Source of the DNA: Candidatus Micrarchaeota archaeon | Lineage (GTDB): Archaea; Micrarchaeota; Micrarchaeia; Micrarchaeales; CABMGC01 | NCBI GenBank assembly: GCA_021848025.1 | Contig: JAJZND010000015.1 | Coordinates: 9,310 to 73,309, forward strand | Direction of reading: 5' to 3' | Length of the DNA stretch: 64,000 bases | Shown: positions 42,534 through 52,401 of the stretch, piece after piece | Layout of the letters: every line of letters starts with the position of its first letter | Numbering within the stretch: the first letter of the stretch is position 1 | Notes under the pieces: generated by a model | Seen by the model: only the letters and a program-made list of their open reading frames with translations | What the model was told of the DNA's origin: nothing | Database searches by the model: none | Position numbers and translations under genes: made by a program

Positions 42534-42902
42534 ATGGTAAGGATATCCTACTCTCCCATAGAAGAAATAATTGTTCATGATGTTGTGGAGGTAGCCAGCG
42601 AGGACCTGCTGCGCGAAAGAGTCACGCCTGCGGGCACGATGCCACTATACTGGTGCGATGGAATCCTTTTCACTTTCAGTTCATTGCCAATGACCGACGA
42701 GGTGGTAAGGGACTATCTGCGCGGAAAGGTCCACTGGCTAGAGGCCCATTTTGCAAAAGTGGAGAAATATACGCCAATCATGTCCCTCAGCGAGGAAGAG
42801 TACAAGACCACAATGAACATACGCATTATAGATACAAGCAAATCCGGAGTGCATAGAGAGTTCGTCAAATGGCTGAAAGATTCTATTAAAAATAAAAAGT
42901 GA
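42534..42902 (+). CDS. Conserved hypothetical protein within the exosome/RNAP operon
   Basis: Tightly packed between rpl37ae and rpo12; LYWCDGILF motif. Confidence 0.7.
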   Translation: MVRISYSPIEEIIVHDVVEVASEDLLRERVTPAGTMPLYWCDGILFTFSSLPMTDEVVRDYLRGKVHWLEAHFAKVEKYTPIMSLSEEEYKTTMNIRIIDTSKSGVHREFVKWLKDSIKNKK

Positions 42903-42906
42903 TATT

Positions 42907-43041
42907 ATGTCTTACGTGTGCATGCACTGTCACAAAGAAACAAAAACTTTGGAGAAGAATGCAGTGAGGTGCCAGTACTGCGGCTTTAGGGCCCTGGCAA
43001 AGAAAAGGTCGTCGATAGCAAAGGAGATCTCAACAGATTGA
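42907..43041 (+). CDS. rpo12: RNA polymerase subunit Rpo12 (RpoP)
   Basis: Not in the track (44 aa): MSYVCMHCHKE...VRCQYCGFRALAKKR...ISTD. Confidence 0.9.
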   Translation: MSYVCMHCHKETKTLEKNAVRCQYCGFRALAKKRSSIAKEISTD

Positions 43042-43083
43042 GCGTGCAGGTCTATTAATCCTTGCTGCCATTTTATCTTAGAT

Positions 43084-43187
43084 GGGCTCTTAGCGCAACG
43101 GTAGCGCGCCTGCATGGCATGCAGGAGGTTGCGGGTTCAAATAAACCTTTGAACAACTCAAAAGTTTTGAAATTCCCGCAGAGTCCA
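43084..43187 (+). tRNA. tRNA-Ala (GGC) with a 32-nt intron at position 59/60 (intron 43142-43173)
   Basis: Removing 43142-43173 gives a perfect cloverleaf with T-loop TTCAAAT and G3-U70. The junction forms a strict bulge-helix-bulge. Confidence 0.92.
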
Positions 43188-43293
43188 TCAACATTTTCCC
43201 TGGCAGCATAAGTGGGTTTATTTTTTAGTCCTGATGAATTGCTGCCCAAGGTCAAAACGTCTTTTTCAGTTTCCCTGCATAACTGGCAGTGAC

Positions 43294-44313
43294 TTACTCC
43301 ATGAAGGAAGCTTCAAACGCCCGTGAATTAGCTTTAAGTACGTCTTTTTTATCAAGTACGCCGTTCTTAAGGAGCAGGGCAATCTCGTTCCTGAGGTTTG
43401 TCATCAGCATCTCAGGACCGTCAGTATTTATGGTATACTCTACGCCATGCGATTTAAGCGCCTTGAATACAACCTTCATCTCCTCAATGTCTTTAATCAC
43501 TCCAGTATGCATGTTTGAGGAGGGGCAGATCTCAAGAGTTATGTCCCTTTCCCTTATCATTTCCATTGTTTTCTCATCTTCTGCCGAGCGCACTCCGTGC
43601 CCTATCCTATCCGGCTCCAGGCTGGCAATAACATCCTGCACTGAATGGTAGTCTTCATCTTCGCCAGCATGCACTGTCAATCCAAGGCCTCCGTTTCTGG
43701 CCTTTTTATACAAGCCTTTATAATGCGAGTAACTAAACCCGCTATCCCTTCCCCCTGCGATGTCTATCCCAACAACCCCTCTGTTCTGGTACTTAAGCGC
43801 TTTGCCGACAAGTATCTCATTAAGTTTATAGCTGAAGGTCCTGTCTAGGCAAATTATTATGCCTGCCTTTACAGGATACTCCATCGAAGCTCTGTCAAGC
43901 CCGCGTACAGCCGCCATCATTATCTGGTCGAGGTCCTGTTCGCCACCCCTATTCCTCTTCATAGGATTGAACCTTAGTTCGAGAAGCGTTATGTTGTTCT
44001 TTCTATACGCTCCGGCTATAGTCTGGTAAACTGATCTTTCTACAGCAATAGGGCTGGACTGAATAAGATCAGTCCATTTGAAGAGGGCTATATAATCCTC
44101 GAAAGATTTTACCCTCTTTGGATTTGCAGTTATCATGTCTACGAAACTCCAGTAATCTTTTGTAGGGAGCTTAATCCCCTGCGCGTGCGCTATCTCCCAC
44201 ATTACTGCAGGATCAACAGCGCTGCCAAGATGCACATGCAATTCTGCGAGTTCGGCATCCTGTTCAAGAGCGCTAGAAACATTGCCATCAAGGCTTATTG
44301 GGGAATCCTCCAT
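43294..44313 (-). CDS. add: Adenosine/AMP deaminase family protein
   Basis: AELHVHLGS, TVHAGE, RIGHG, EICPSSN, INTDGP. Confidence 0.88.
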   Translation of the reverse strand: MEDSPISLDGNVSSALEQDAELAELHVHLGSAVDPAVMWEIAHAQGIKLPTKDYWSFVDMITANPKRVKSFEDYIALFKWTDLIQSSPIAVERSVYQTIAGAYRKNNITLLELRFNPMKRNRGGEQDLDQIMMAAVRGLDRASMEYPVKAGIIICLDRTFSYKLNEILVGKALKYQNRGVVGIDIAGGRDSGFSYSHYKGLYKKARNGGLGLTVHAGEDEDYHSVQDVIASLEPDRIGHGVRSAEDEKTMEMIRERDITLEICPSSNMHTGVIKDIEEMKVVFKALKSHGVEYTINTDGPEMLMTNLRNEIALLLKNGVLDKKDVLKANSRAFEASFME

Positions 44314-44466
44314 GACTATCCTTCTTCTTTTGTAATATATAAACTTTATTTGGAACAGGGCAAGCCCATACCTGCGCCTACGAAGGCCTAGAGATCCAGC
44401 TATTATGTCAGCTAGATTCTCCATTATCTACCCGCCCTACTTTCCACGCAAGATTTATAAAAATTA

Positions 44467-45576
44467 ATGGCATATAATATTATGGACACTTTTACTAGAA
44501 AATTGGAGACAGCACCATTGGCATTCAATTTTGATGACCTTCTCCTCTTGCCAGGTTTTTCAGAGGTCAGGCCAAAAGACATAAACATTGAATCGCGCTT
44601 CTCAAGAAATATAACTATCAGAACTCCGTTGGTTTCTTCACCGATGGATACTGTAACTGAGGCGGAGATGGCAATAGCGCTTGCCGAAAGCGGAGGCATA
44701 GGCGTAATACACAGGAATAGCTCTGCCGAGGACGAACTTAATATGGTAAAAGCAGTAAAGGCAGTTGAGCCGGAGGACAAGAATGCGACCCTCGGAAGAG
44801 ACAAGAGGCTTGCAGTTGCCGCAGCAATCTCGCCATTCGACCTGGAAAGGGCAAAGCTGCTGGGCAAGCATGCTGATGCTCTTGTGGTAGATGTGGCGCA
44901 TTTCCATACAAAAGGCATCCTCGATGCAACCAAAGAGATAATAAATTCAACAGATGCGGATATAGTAATAGGCAGCATGGGCACAAAGGAGGGGGTATTG
45001 GGCTCTGTAAAAGTGCTTGAAAAAGTGGCAGGCCTCAGGGTAGGCATAGGAGGAGGTTCAATATGCATAACAACAGACGTTACGAAGGCGGGATCTCCTA
45101 CTCCATTTGCAGTAGCACAGGCTGCAGATGCGCTTGATGAACTTGGCATAGACCTTCCAATAATAGCAGATGGCGGAATAAGGACTGCCGGAGACATAGC
45201 GATTACCTTTGCCCTCGGTGCATCATCTGCCATGCTTGGCTATGGCTTCGCCGGCACTGACGAATGCCCTGGAGAAGTTGTCATTATAGATGGCAAGAAA
45301 TACAAGGGATACCGCGGAATGGGTAGTGACGGAGCCAGGGAGAGAAGAGCCATAGTGGACAGGTACTCTGACACAGGAGGCAAAAAGCTAGCTGAGGGCA
45401 TAGAAGGCGTGATTCCTTACAAGGGAAAAGTAAGCGATGTAATAACGCTATTAAACTCCGGTATACGCGCATCCATAGGGTATTCCGGAGCAGGGAGCCT
45501 TAATGAAATGAGGAGTAAGGCAAGGATAGCAAGGATAGGTATAAGGACGCATAAGGCAGAGATAAAGCCAAAGTGA
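44467..45576 (+). CDS. guaB: IMP dehydrogenase (no CBS domains)
   Basis: SSPMDTVT, GIGGGSICIT, ADGGIR, YRGMGS. Confidence 0.92.
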   Translation: MAYNIMDTFTRKLETAPLAFNFDDLLLLPGFSEVRPKDINIESRFSRNITIRTPLVSSPMDTVTEAEMAIALAESGGIGVIHRNSSAEDELNMVKAVKAVEPEDKNATLGRDKRLAVAAAISPFDLERAKLLGKHADALVVDVAHFHTKGILDATKEIINSTDADIVIGSMGTKEGVLGSVKVLEKVAGLRVGIGGGSICITTDVTKAGSPTPFAVAQAADALDELGIDLPIIADGGIRTAGDIAITFALGASSAMLGYGFAGTDECPGEVVIIDGKKYKGYRGMGSDGARERRAIVDRYSDTGGKKLAEGIEGVIPYKGKVSDVITLLNSGIRASIGYSGAGSLNEMRSKARIARIGIRTHKAEIKPK

Positions 45577-45580
45577 ATGA

Positions 45581-47119
45581 ATGGATACGATACTTGTTTT
45601 TAACTTCGGCGGCCAGTATTGCCACCTGATAGCAAGGAGGATAAGGGAAAAAGGAGTGTACTCGGAGATAGTCCAATCAGATATGCCTGCTGATAAATTA
45701 AATGCACTCTCAAAGAAATCAGATGTAAAGGGCATAATACTCTCGGGCGGCCCATCAAGCATATATGAAAAAGACGCGCCAAAGATGGATAGAAAAATAC
45801 TCGATTCCGGATTGCCGGTTCTTGGCATATGTTATGGACATCAACTTATGGCAAGTTACATCGGAGGCAAAGTTTCAAGGGCGGAGAGAAAGGAATACGG
45901 TACTTCATATGCAAACATACGCAACGCAACAGGCGTGCTTCTGGGCCTTGGCAAAAAGGAAGAAGTCTGGATGAGCCATGGCGATGTAGTTTTACAGATG
46001 CCTAAAAATATAGACGTGCTTGCAGATACAGAAAATTGCAAGATAGCAGCATTCATGGACAGGAAAAGGCAGCTTTTTGGAGTGCAATGGCACCCGGAGG
46101 TAGTGCATACAAAGAATGGCGACAAGATACTTGGCAATTTCATCTTCAATGTGTGTAAGTGCAGACCGATGTGGAAGGCAGAAAGCACCATACCTGAATA
46201 TCAGAGGCAGATATCCGAAGAGATTGGAGAGGAAGGCGCAATAATCGCATTAAGCGGAGGCGTAGATTCAAGCACAGCTGCCTTGCTTGCCTCGCGCGCC
46301 ATAGGAGATAAACTCACCGCGGTATTTGTAGATACTGGAATGATGAGAGAGAAAGAAGCCGATTCAATAAGGAACATGGGAAAAACAATGGGGATAAATC
46401 TGATTGTAATAGATGCTGGAAACGAATTCATACGCAAACTTAAGGGCGTCTCTGATCCTGAGAAGAAAAGAAAAATCATAGGCAGTGCCTTCATAAGAGT
46501 TTTTGAGCGGGAAGCGAAAAAAAGAGGGGCAAAATACCTGATTCAAGGCACAATATATCCTGATAGGATAGAGTCAGGGCAGGCCAAAAAATCAAGCGTT
46601 ATAAAGACGCACCATAATGTGGGAGGCCTGCCTCCAAAGGTAAAGTTTAATGGCATAATAGAGCCGCTCAAGGATCTTTACAAGGACGAGGTCAGAAAGA
46701 TAGCGAGAGAGCTCGGCTTGCCCGAAGAAATGATTTCCAGGCAGCCTTTTCCAGGCCCCGGTCTGGCGGTACGGATAATCGGTGAGGTAACCAAGCATAA
46801 ATTGGAAGTATTAAGAAAAGCAGAAGCCATAGTATCCGAAGAAATTGAAAGGGCAGGTTCTGGAATCAGGCCATGGCAGTACTTCGCTGTCTTGACTGAC
46901 ACTAAAAGTACCGGGGTAAAAGGAGATAGCCGCGCCTACGGCAATGTTATAGCCGTAAGGGCCGTTGAGAGCAAGGAGGCAATGACAGCAAACTTCGCCA
47001 AGATACCCTATCCTGTCCTAGAAAGGATATCCTCAAGAATCACAAGCGAAATTTCCGAAGCGGTGCGGGTTGTTTACGACATAACCAATAAACCTCCTTC
47101 TACGATAGAGTGGGAATAA
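45581..47119 (+). CDS. guaA: GMP synthase (fused GATase and ATPPase)
   Basis: GICYGHQ, WHPEV, SGGVDS, KTHHNVGG, KPPSTIEWE. Confidence 0.97.
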   Translation: MDTILVFNFGGQYCHLIARRIREKGVYSEIVQSDMPADKLNALSKKSDVKGIILSGGPSSIYEKDAPKMDRKILDSGLPVLGICYGHQLMASYIGGKVSRAERKEYGTSYANIRNATGVLLGLGKKEEVWMSHGDVVLQMPKNIDVLADTENCKIAAFMDRKRQLFGVQWHPEVVHTKNGDKILGNFIFNVCKCRPMWKAESTIPEYQRQISEEIGEEGAIIALSGGVDSSTAALLASRAIGDKLTAVFVDTGMMREKEADSIRNMGKTMGINLIVIDAGNEFIRKLKGVSDPEKKRKIIGSAFIRVFEREAKKRGAKYLIQGTIYPDRIESGQAKKSSVIKTHHNVGGLPPKVKFNGIIEPLKDLYKDEVRKIARELGLPEEMISRQPFPGPGLAVRIIGEVTKHKLEVLRKAEAIVSEEIERAGSGIRPWQYFAVLTDTKSTGVKGDSRAYGNVIAVRAVESKEAMTANFAKIPYPVLERISSRITSEISEAVRVVYDITNKPPSTIEWE

Positions 47120-47215
47120 ACAGGCAGCTTAAAAGCCTAACCAAAACCTTACCCTGCCTAAATCCTATATAAATCTTGACAGCACCATTAAACCATCATA
47201 AATAAAGTGAATTTG

Positions 47216-48460
47216 ATGGGCAAGACGTTTGAGACTAAAGCCAGAATAATAGAGCTTCTGAAAAAGCAGAAAATGACTTTAGCTGAACTTAGTTCTGAAC
47301 TTAAATTATCAAAGGCAACTGTAAAACAGCATCTGGACGAGCTAAAGTCAGCAGGCAGCATAGAAGAGGAAGACAACAGCTATTTCAAAAGGCTAAAATA
47401 TTACAAGGCGAAAGGCGCCGAGGTTGCAAAATGGAATACCAGGGAAGCAAGCATTTATACCAGGATCCTGCCTGTCTTAATAAGTTTCATACTCGTCTTA
47501 GGCGCCCTGTCAATATACGTGGGCAGATATGCGCCTTCCGGATACTATGTCGTAAGTCCGCAGTCAAGCCATCAACACAACGGCTCCTTAGCAAATACAA
47601 GCCAGATATATCCTCCTTCATCTTCAGCAGAAACGGCATGCCCTATAATGCTTTCAAATCGAACTTATACACGTGTAAGCTTGATGAACTATTCTGGCTT
47701 CGGACTTTATAATGTAAGTGTATATCCAAGGCAAGACTTCTTGCTTAGCCCAGGCGGCAGCGGAGTGCTTGTTTTCTCAGTAAATATATCAGGAACCGGA
47801 GCATCGGAGAATGTTACAAACCACTTCATAATGTATCATCAGGTAACGGTTTCCCTACCTCTCAATATAACTGAGAGCGTGATAAACATTACAAAATATT
47901 CAAATGGAACCATAGAGGAAGGCTCGTTTACTTTCATAGTACCTGCCAGATATCCTGCGAATTCCAGTGAGTCAAATTCAACTTATTCTAGCCAGGCATT
48001 CAATTTCCCTGACGGAACTAGGGTAGAGTATCCAAATGCCACAATCGAAACGATAACCAGCAATACGGCTATAACAGAGTCAAGCCTGCCTATTGGCACT
48101 ACCAAAGTTTTCGGCTATACTGAATGCTATAACTATACTGGATCAAAAGTATGCATGAGCAGCCCGGGCCCTGCACCAAATTCAAGCACCATAAACCAGA
48201 CGGAGCTGATACAGACAACTCCTGGGCTGAACGTCTCACTAACGCCAGCAAACGAAATGGTAAGTAAAGGCAATGCGGCAATAATGCGCCTTACAATACA
48301 GGCATCGCAAGATGCCGCTCAGGGAACATACCTGCTCGGCATACGCGCAAGCGGAGAATTCTGCAGGGGTGGCCCTTACTACTTTATAACTGTGGGCTCA
48401 AAGCCGTATTCTCCTTCTGCAGGCCAGAATCCAGGAGGAATAATAATAGGGACAGGATAA
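47216..48460 (+). CDS. ArsR-like wHTH + TM + large extracellular domain protein
   Basis: N-terminal TKARIIELLK..LAELSSELKLSKATVKQHLDELK; one TM (ILPVLISFILVLGALSIYV); S/T/N-rich sequon-rich C-terminal region. Confidence 0.7.
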   Translation: MGKTFETKARIIELLKKQKMTLAELSSELKLSKATVKQHLDELKSAGSIEEEDNSYFKRLKYYKAKGAEVAKWNTREASIYTRILPVLISFILVLGALSIYVGRYAPSGYYVVSPQSSHQHNGSLANTSQIYPPSSSAETACPIMLSNRTYTRVSLMNYSGFGLYNVSVYPRQDFLLSPGGSGVLVFSVNISGTGASENVTNHFIMYHQVTVSLPLNITESVINITKYSNGTIEEGSFTFIVPARYPANSSESNSTYSSQAFNFPDGTRVEYPNATIETITSNTAITESSLPIGTTKVFGYTECYNYTGSKVCMSSPGPAPNSSTINQTELIQTTPGLNVSLTPANEMVSKGNAAIMRLTIQASQDAAQGTYLLGIRASGEFCRGGPYYFITVGSKPYSPSAGQNPGGIIIGTG

Positions 48461-48778
48461 GCCATCGTTGCGGATATGTCTTCAATAACACACCTTGCGA
48501 ATGTGCCGCATGTAAATGCTGTTAGAAAATGCGTGCATTCTGATGCAGAAGTACGGTGTGCTAGTGCGCGAAGCTGAAACAGGCCAAAACTCTCTACGCT
48601 AAGCAACTTCGTAGGCCAGCAATCCATGTTGCTGAAGTCAATTCCGAAAGTATAAAAAGATGAATAGCAATAGATATTACAATCCAAGGACCCTGCCTAT
48701 ATAATCCAGGCATTAGTACGTAGAAATCAGCGATATCTGATAGATGGCGGGATGCCGCCCATTATACGATGTGCGTAA

Positions 48779-49489
48779 ATGATAAGGATAAGCATAGTAA
48801 TACCCACATACAACGAGGAAAAATATATAGGTGCGACCCTGCAGAGCATAGCCCGGCAGCCATATCATGACATAGAAGTACTTCTGGCCGACAGCAAAAG
48901 CTCCGATAAGACCATAGCTGAAGCGAAAAAGGCATATCCATCAGTCAAGATAGTGACTGATGAGAAAGGCGGCGTATCCCCTGCATGCAACAAAGCGGTA
49001 AAAGTGGCAAAAGGAGACATAATACTCTTCATAGATGCCGATACTTCCATAACCAAGAATCTGTTGAAGGCCTACGAAAAGGCCTTCGATGATGAAGGTG
49101 TGGTAGCTGCTACGGGACCGATAGAACCCTTAGAAAATACAACCCCCTCCATACGCGCAGGGTTCAAGATGGTCTCTGTGTACCTGGTCAAGTTCTTTAT
49201 ATCAATAGGAAAGCCTTCAACTATAAGCTCAAACCTTGCTGTGTCGAAGCAGGCCTTCCAAAAAATAGGCGGTTTCAACGAATCGATGAAAACTTACTAC
49301 GATTGGGATCTGTCTAACAGGATAAGAAAGCTAGGGAAGGTGGTCTTTGTCCCACAGGCGATAGCAAAGACCAGCGTGAGGAGGGTAAAGAAATGGGGCA
49401 TGGCAAAATATTTCCTCTACCATACGGGAAATGCTGTAAAGTATCATCTTTCCCATAAGTCTAGAGATGACTACGAGCCAATACGATAA
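48779..49489 (+). CDS. Glycosyltransferase family 2
   Basis: ISIVIPTYNEE, SSDKT, FIDAD, GGFNE. Confidence 0.9.
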   Translation: MIRISIVIPTYNEEKYIGATLQSIARQPYHDIEVLLADSKSSDKTIAEAKKAYPSVKIVTDEKGGVSPACNKAVKVAKGDIILFIDADTSITKNLLKAYEKAFDDEGVVAATGPIEPLENTTPSIRAGFKMVSVYLVKFFISIGKPSTISSNLAVSKQAFQKIGGFNESMKTYYDWDLSNRIRKLGKVVFVPQAIAKTSVRRVKKWGMAKYFLYHTGNAVKYHLSHKSRDDYEPIR

Positions 49490-49739
49490 GCGGCAATGTG
49501 CTTTGTCAAGAAAGCATAAAGCGAGAGAAAATCCCAGAGAAATCATTACCAACCTTTCCAGAACAGAGCTCAGCGGTACATACGGACCAAAGCCTGCTTG
49601 CAAATGCCAAAGGCCAATAATGCTCAACTTCCACAAAGCATCAATCTCTCCAATCAAAGAAGAATAAGCAAATTAGCCGGAGAAACGATTCATGGTAAAG
49701 GAGCTAAAATATATAAGTCTAAGCAACTTAAGCATAATC

Positions 49740-50543
49740 ATGCCAAATAGACCCTACGTAATATTTATAGCGTCGCAGAAAGGCGGCGTAGGAAAGACGA
49801 CCATCGCAGTAAATCTGGGAACAGCGCTCAGGTACCGTGAGTATCAGGTACTGCTTATAGATACGGATGTTGCTACGTACAGCATAAGCAGCCATCTTGG
49901 CCTCAAAGATGCTGAAAATGACTATTCAAAGGCGATCAACGGCAAGATCGATGTCAAAGAGGCGATCTTCTCCTACGAGCCATTAGACCTGAATCTCATA
50001 CTGGGAAATCAGGAAGCTGAAGAGATAGAGGAAAACGCAGATAAGATCAACAGGTTCTATAGTCAGGTGCTAAAGCTGAATTACGATTTTGTATTAATAG
50101 ACAGCCATCCGGGCCCGTTCAGCGAGAACATGGCAAAATACATTAATGATGTGGTAATATTGACAACTCCTGATGCGGCTTCAGCCAAAAGCAGCGCCAA
50201 GCTAGCCAAGTACTGTGAAAAGCACAGGATTGAGCACAGGCTGGTAATAAACCGTATTGGCTCTAGCAAATTCGAACTTGAGACTGAAGAGGTCGAGCGC
50301 CTATGCGGCGATATTGCATCAGTCATAATACCCGAAGATGACATAGTACAGGAAAGCAATACGAGGCATAAGCCTGCTTACATGGTAAATAAAAGCGCAC
50401 CTTTTTCGCTTGCAATAGACGAGCTCGCGCGGATTTACATGCTAAAGACAGGCAAGCCCATGGATACTGAACCAGAAGCCGACAGGCAAAGCAAGAAGTC
50501 ATTTTTCCAAAAGCTAGGCGGATGGTCGCTAGGCTCAAAATAG
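49740..50543 (+). CDS. MinD/ParA-family ATPase
   Basis: SQKGGVGKTT, LIDTD, LIDSHPG, VINR, IPED. Confidence 0.85.
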   Translation: MPNRPYVIFIASQKGGVGKTTIAVNLGTALRYREYQVLLIDTDVATYSISSHLGLKDAENDYSKAINGKIDVKEAIFSYEPLDLNLILGNQEAEEIEENADKINRFYSQVLKLNYDFVLIDSHPGPFSENMAKYINDVVILTTPDAASAKSSAKLAKYCEKHRIEHRLVINRIGSSKFELETEEVERLCGDIASVIIPEDDIVQESNTRHKPAYMVNKSAPFSLAIDELARIYMLKTGKPMDTEPEADRQSKKSFFQKLGGWSLGSK

Positions 50544-50622
50544 TCGCATGCGCCAATTTAGCTTCAACCTTACCAAAAGCAACCTTTTTATAGTGGGATA
50601 TAATATAGAATATGGAGATCAA

Positions 50623-50766
50623 ATGGAAGCATACTGTGTTAAATGCAAGGAGAAAAAAGAGATGAAGGACGCAAAAGAAGTCACAATGAAGAATGGCAAG
50701 AAAGCAGTCACAGGCGTATGTCCTTCGTGCGGCACAAAAATGTTCAAGATAGGCGGAAAGAAATAA
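50623..50766 (+). CDS. Small Zn-ribbon protein (DUF5679-like)
   Basis: MEAYCVKCKEKKEM...GVCPSCGTKMFKI; GGAG SD upstream. Confidence 0.85.
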   Translation: MEAYCVKCKEKKEMKDAKEVTMKNGKKAVTGVCPSCGTKMFKIGGKK

Positions 50767-50877
50767 GCCTATAAAAAACATGCCTGCCCGTCTTATTCTC
50801 ATGCTTAATTCCAGGCGCCGTGCATAAGGCGTTCTTTTTCTTTTTTTCTAATTACCCCGCAGGTACACGCCATATGG

Positions 50878-52092
50878 CTACTTTTTCCATATGGCCTCTT
50901 CAATTCTGATAAGCTCGTTGTGTTTTGCTGTGCGTTCACCTCCTATGGTCCCTGTTTTTATGTATTTTATCCCTAGTCCAACTGCAAGATGGGCTATTGT
51001 GAAATCTTCTGTTTCACCGCTTCTATGCGAGATCACCGTTTCATAATTGTTCTTCTTTGCAAGCTTTACCGTTTCAATCATGTCGCTGAGGGTTCCTATC
51101 TGGTTTGGCTTTATAAGTATCGCATTCGCTGCCCCCTTCCTTATGCCCTCCTTCAGCCGTTCCTTGTTGGTAACGAATATATCATCTCCAACAATCATTG
51201 TTTTGTTTCCAATCCTTCTAGTTAGGGCAGCAAGGCCATCAAAATCGCTTTCAGTAAGCGGGTCCTCTATTATATTTACTGAAAATTTCTCCGCAAGCTC
51301 AGAAACAAAGTCTATCTGCTCCTCAGTAGTCAGCCTCTTTCCATTGTTATACTCGTATCTGGCACCTGTATAAAAGTTTGTAGCTGCCATATCGATGGCC
51401 GGAAAGAGGTCAAAGCCTACTTCTTTGGATACTGCAGAGACAGCCTCGGAAACTAGTCCCAGCGCTCCTGCATCATCTATCATGGCTACCCATGCCTTTT
51501 CGTCACCCAGGCCCAATGGGATACCTGGAAATTTCTTCTTCAGCAGCTCGCCAACCCTCTTGTGCACCATCACGTTTGCAAATGCAGAATTTGAGTATGT
51601 TTTGCCAAAGGAAACGGAAAGAAATTCCTGCATCGTTGTGCCATTAACTGCATGCTTTCCGCCGCCTATTATATTGCCAAGCGGAAAAGGCATCACCGGA
51701 TCATTTTTTCCCAGCAAGAACTGGTAAAGCTCCATGTTTTCAGCTTTTGCCGCTGCCTTTGCTACGCCCAACGAAAAGACCACTGCTATATTGCCGCCTA
51801 TTTTCGAAAAATCCGTAGTGCCATCGATCTCGTGCAATATTTTGTCTACCTCCTGATAAGTGGCAATGTCATTACCTATGATCTTTGGCACTATCTTCTC
51901 AATAGCCTGCCCTATTGCAAAATCTATCCCATCATTCGGATATTCCTTTACCTCCATGGAGCCCTTGCTGGCGCCGCTTGGGGCCGCTGCCCTGCATTTT
52001 ATTCCATTCTCAGCATATACGTCAAGCTCAACTGTTGGGTTGCCTCTCGAGTCAAGTATCTTCCTTATTCTGATCTTTTCAATTTTAGGCAT
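50878..52092 (-). CDS. eno: Enolase
   Basis: ILDSRGNPT, PSGAS, VGDD, KPNQIG, SHRSGETED. Confidence 0.96.
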   Translation of the reverse strand: MPKIEKIRIRKILDSRGNPTVELDVYAENGIKCRAAAPSGASKGSMEVKEYPNDGIDFAIGQAIEKIVPKIIGNDIATYQEVDKILHEIDGTTDFSKIGGNIAVVFSLGVAKAAAKAENMELYQFLLGKNDPVMPFPLGNIIGGGKHAVNGTTMQEFLSVSFGKTYSNSAFANVMVHKRVGELLKKKFPGIPLGLGDEKAWVAMIDDAGALGLVSEAVSAVSKEVGFDLFPAIDMAATNFYTGARYEYNNGKRLTTEEQIDFVSELAEKFSVNIIEDPLTESDFDGLAALTRRIGNKTMIVGDDIFVTNKERLKEGIRKGAANAILIKPNQIGTLSDMIETVKLAKKNNYETVISHRSGETEDFTIAHLAVGLGIKYIKTGTIGGERTAKHNELIRIEEAIWKK

Positions 52093-52207
52093 ATAACTCA
52101 CCTATCTCTTTCATATACTCTCTAACCTAATAAGCATGCACCTGAGCTCCTGTTAACAAATATATATTTAAGCCTGTTTATAAAAGAATAAATAATAAGG
52201 TAATCGG

Positions 52208-52387
52208 ATGGTAGAAATAAAGATAAAATCCTCAAAGGATGGTCCTAATCTGGTAATAATTGACGGCCAAGTAAAAATGGCATTCTGCAGATGCGGCCAC
52301 TCCAACAACAAGCCTTTCTGCGACGGCACGCACCATAAGGCAAAGTTTGAAGCCGAGGAGAAGGAAACCCAGATATTCAATGGCTGA
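52208..52387 (+). CDS. CDGSH iron-sulfur domain protein
   Basis: Not in the track (59 aa): DGPNL...FCRCGHSNNKPFCDGTH. Confidence 0.9.
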   Translation: MVEIKIKSSKDGPNLVIIDGQVKMAFCRCGHSNNKPFCDGTHHKAKFEAEEKETQIFNG

Positions 52388-52401
52388 TGTGCTAGAGGTG
52401 C

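Noticed and set aside
48379..48687. 102-aa minus-strand ORF or remnant in the gap before the glycosyltransferase
   Set aside because: No motif, it overlaps the upstream gene, and there is no supporting evidence.
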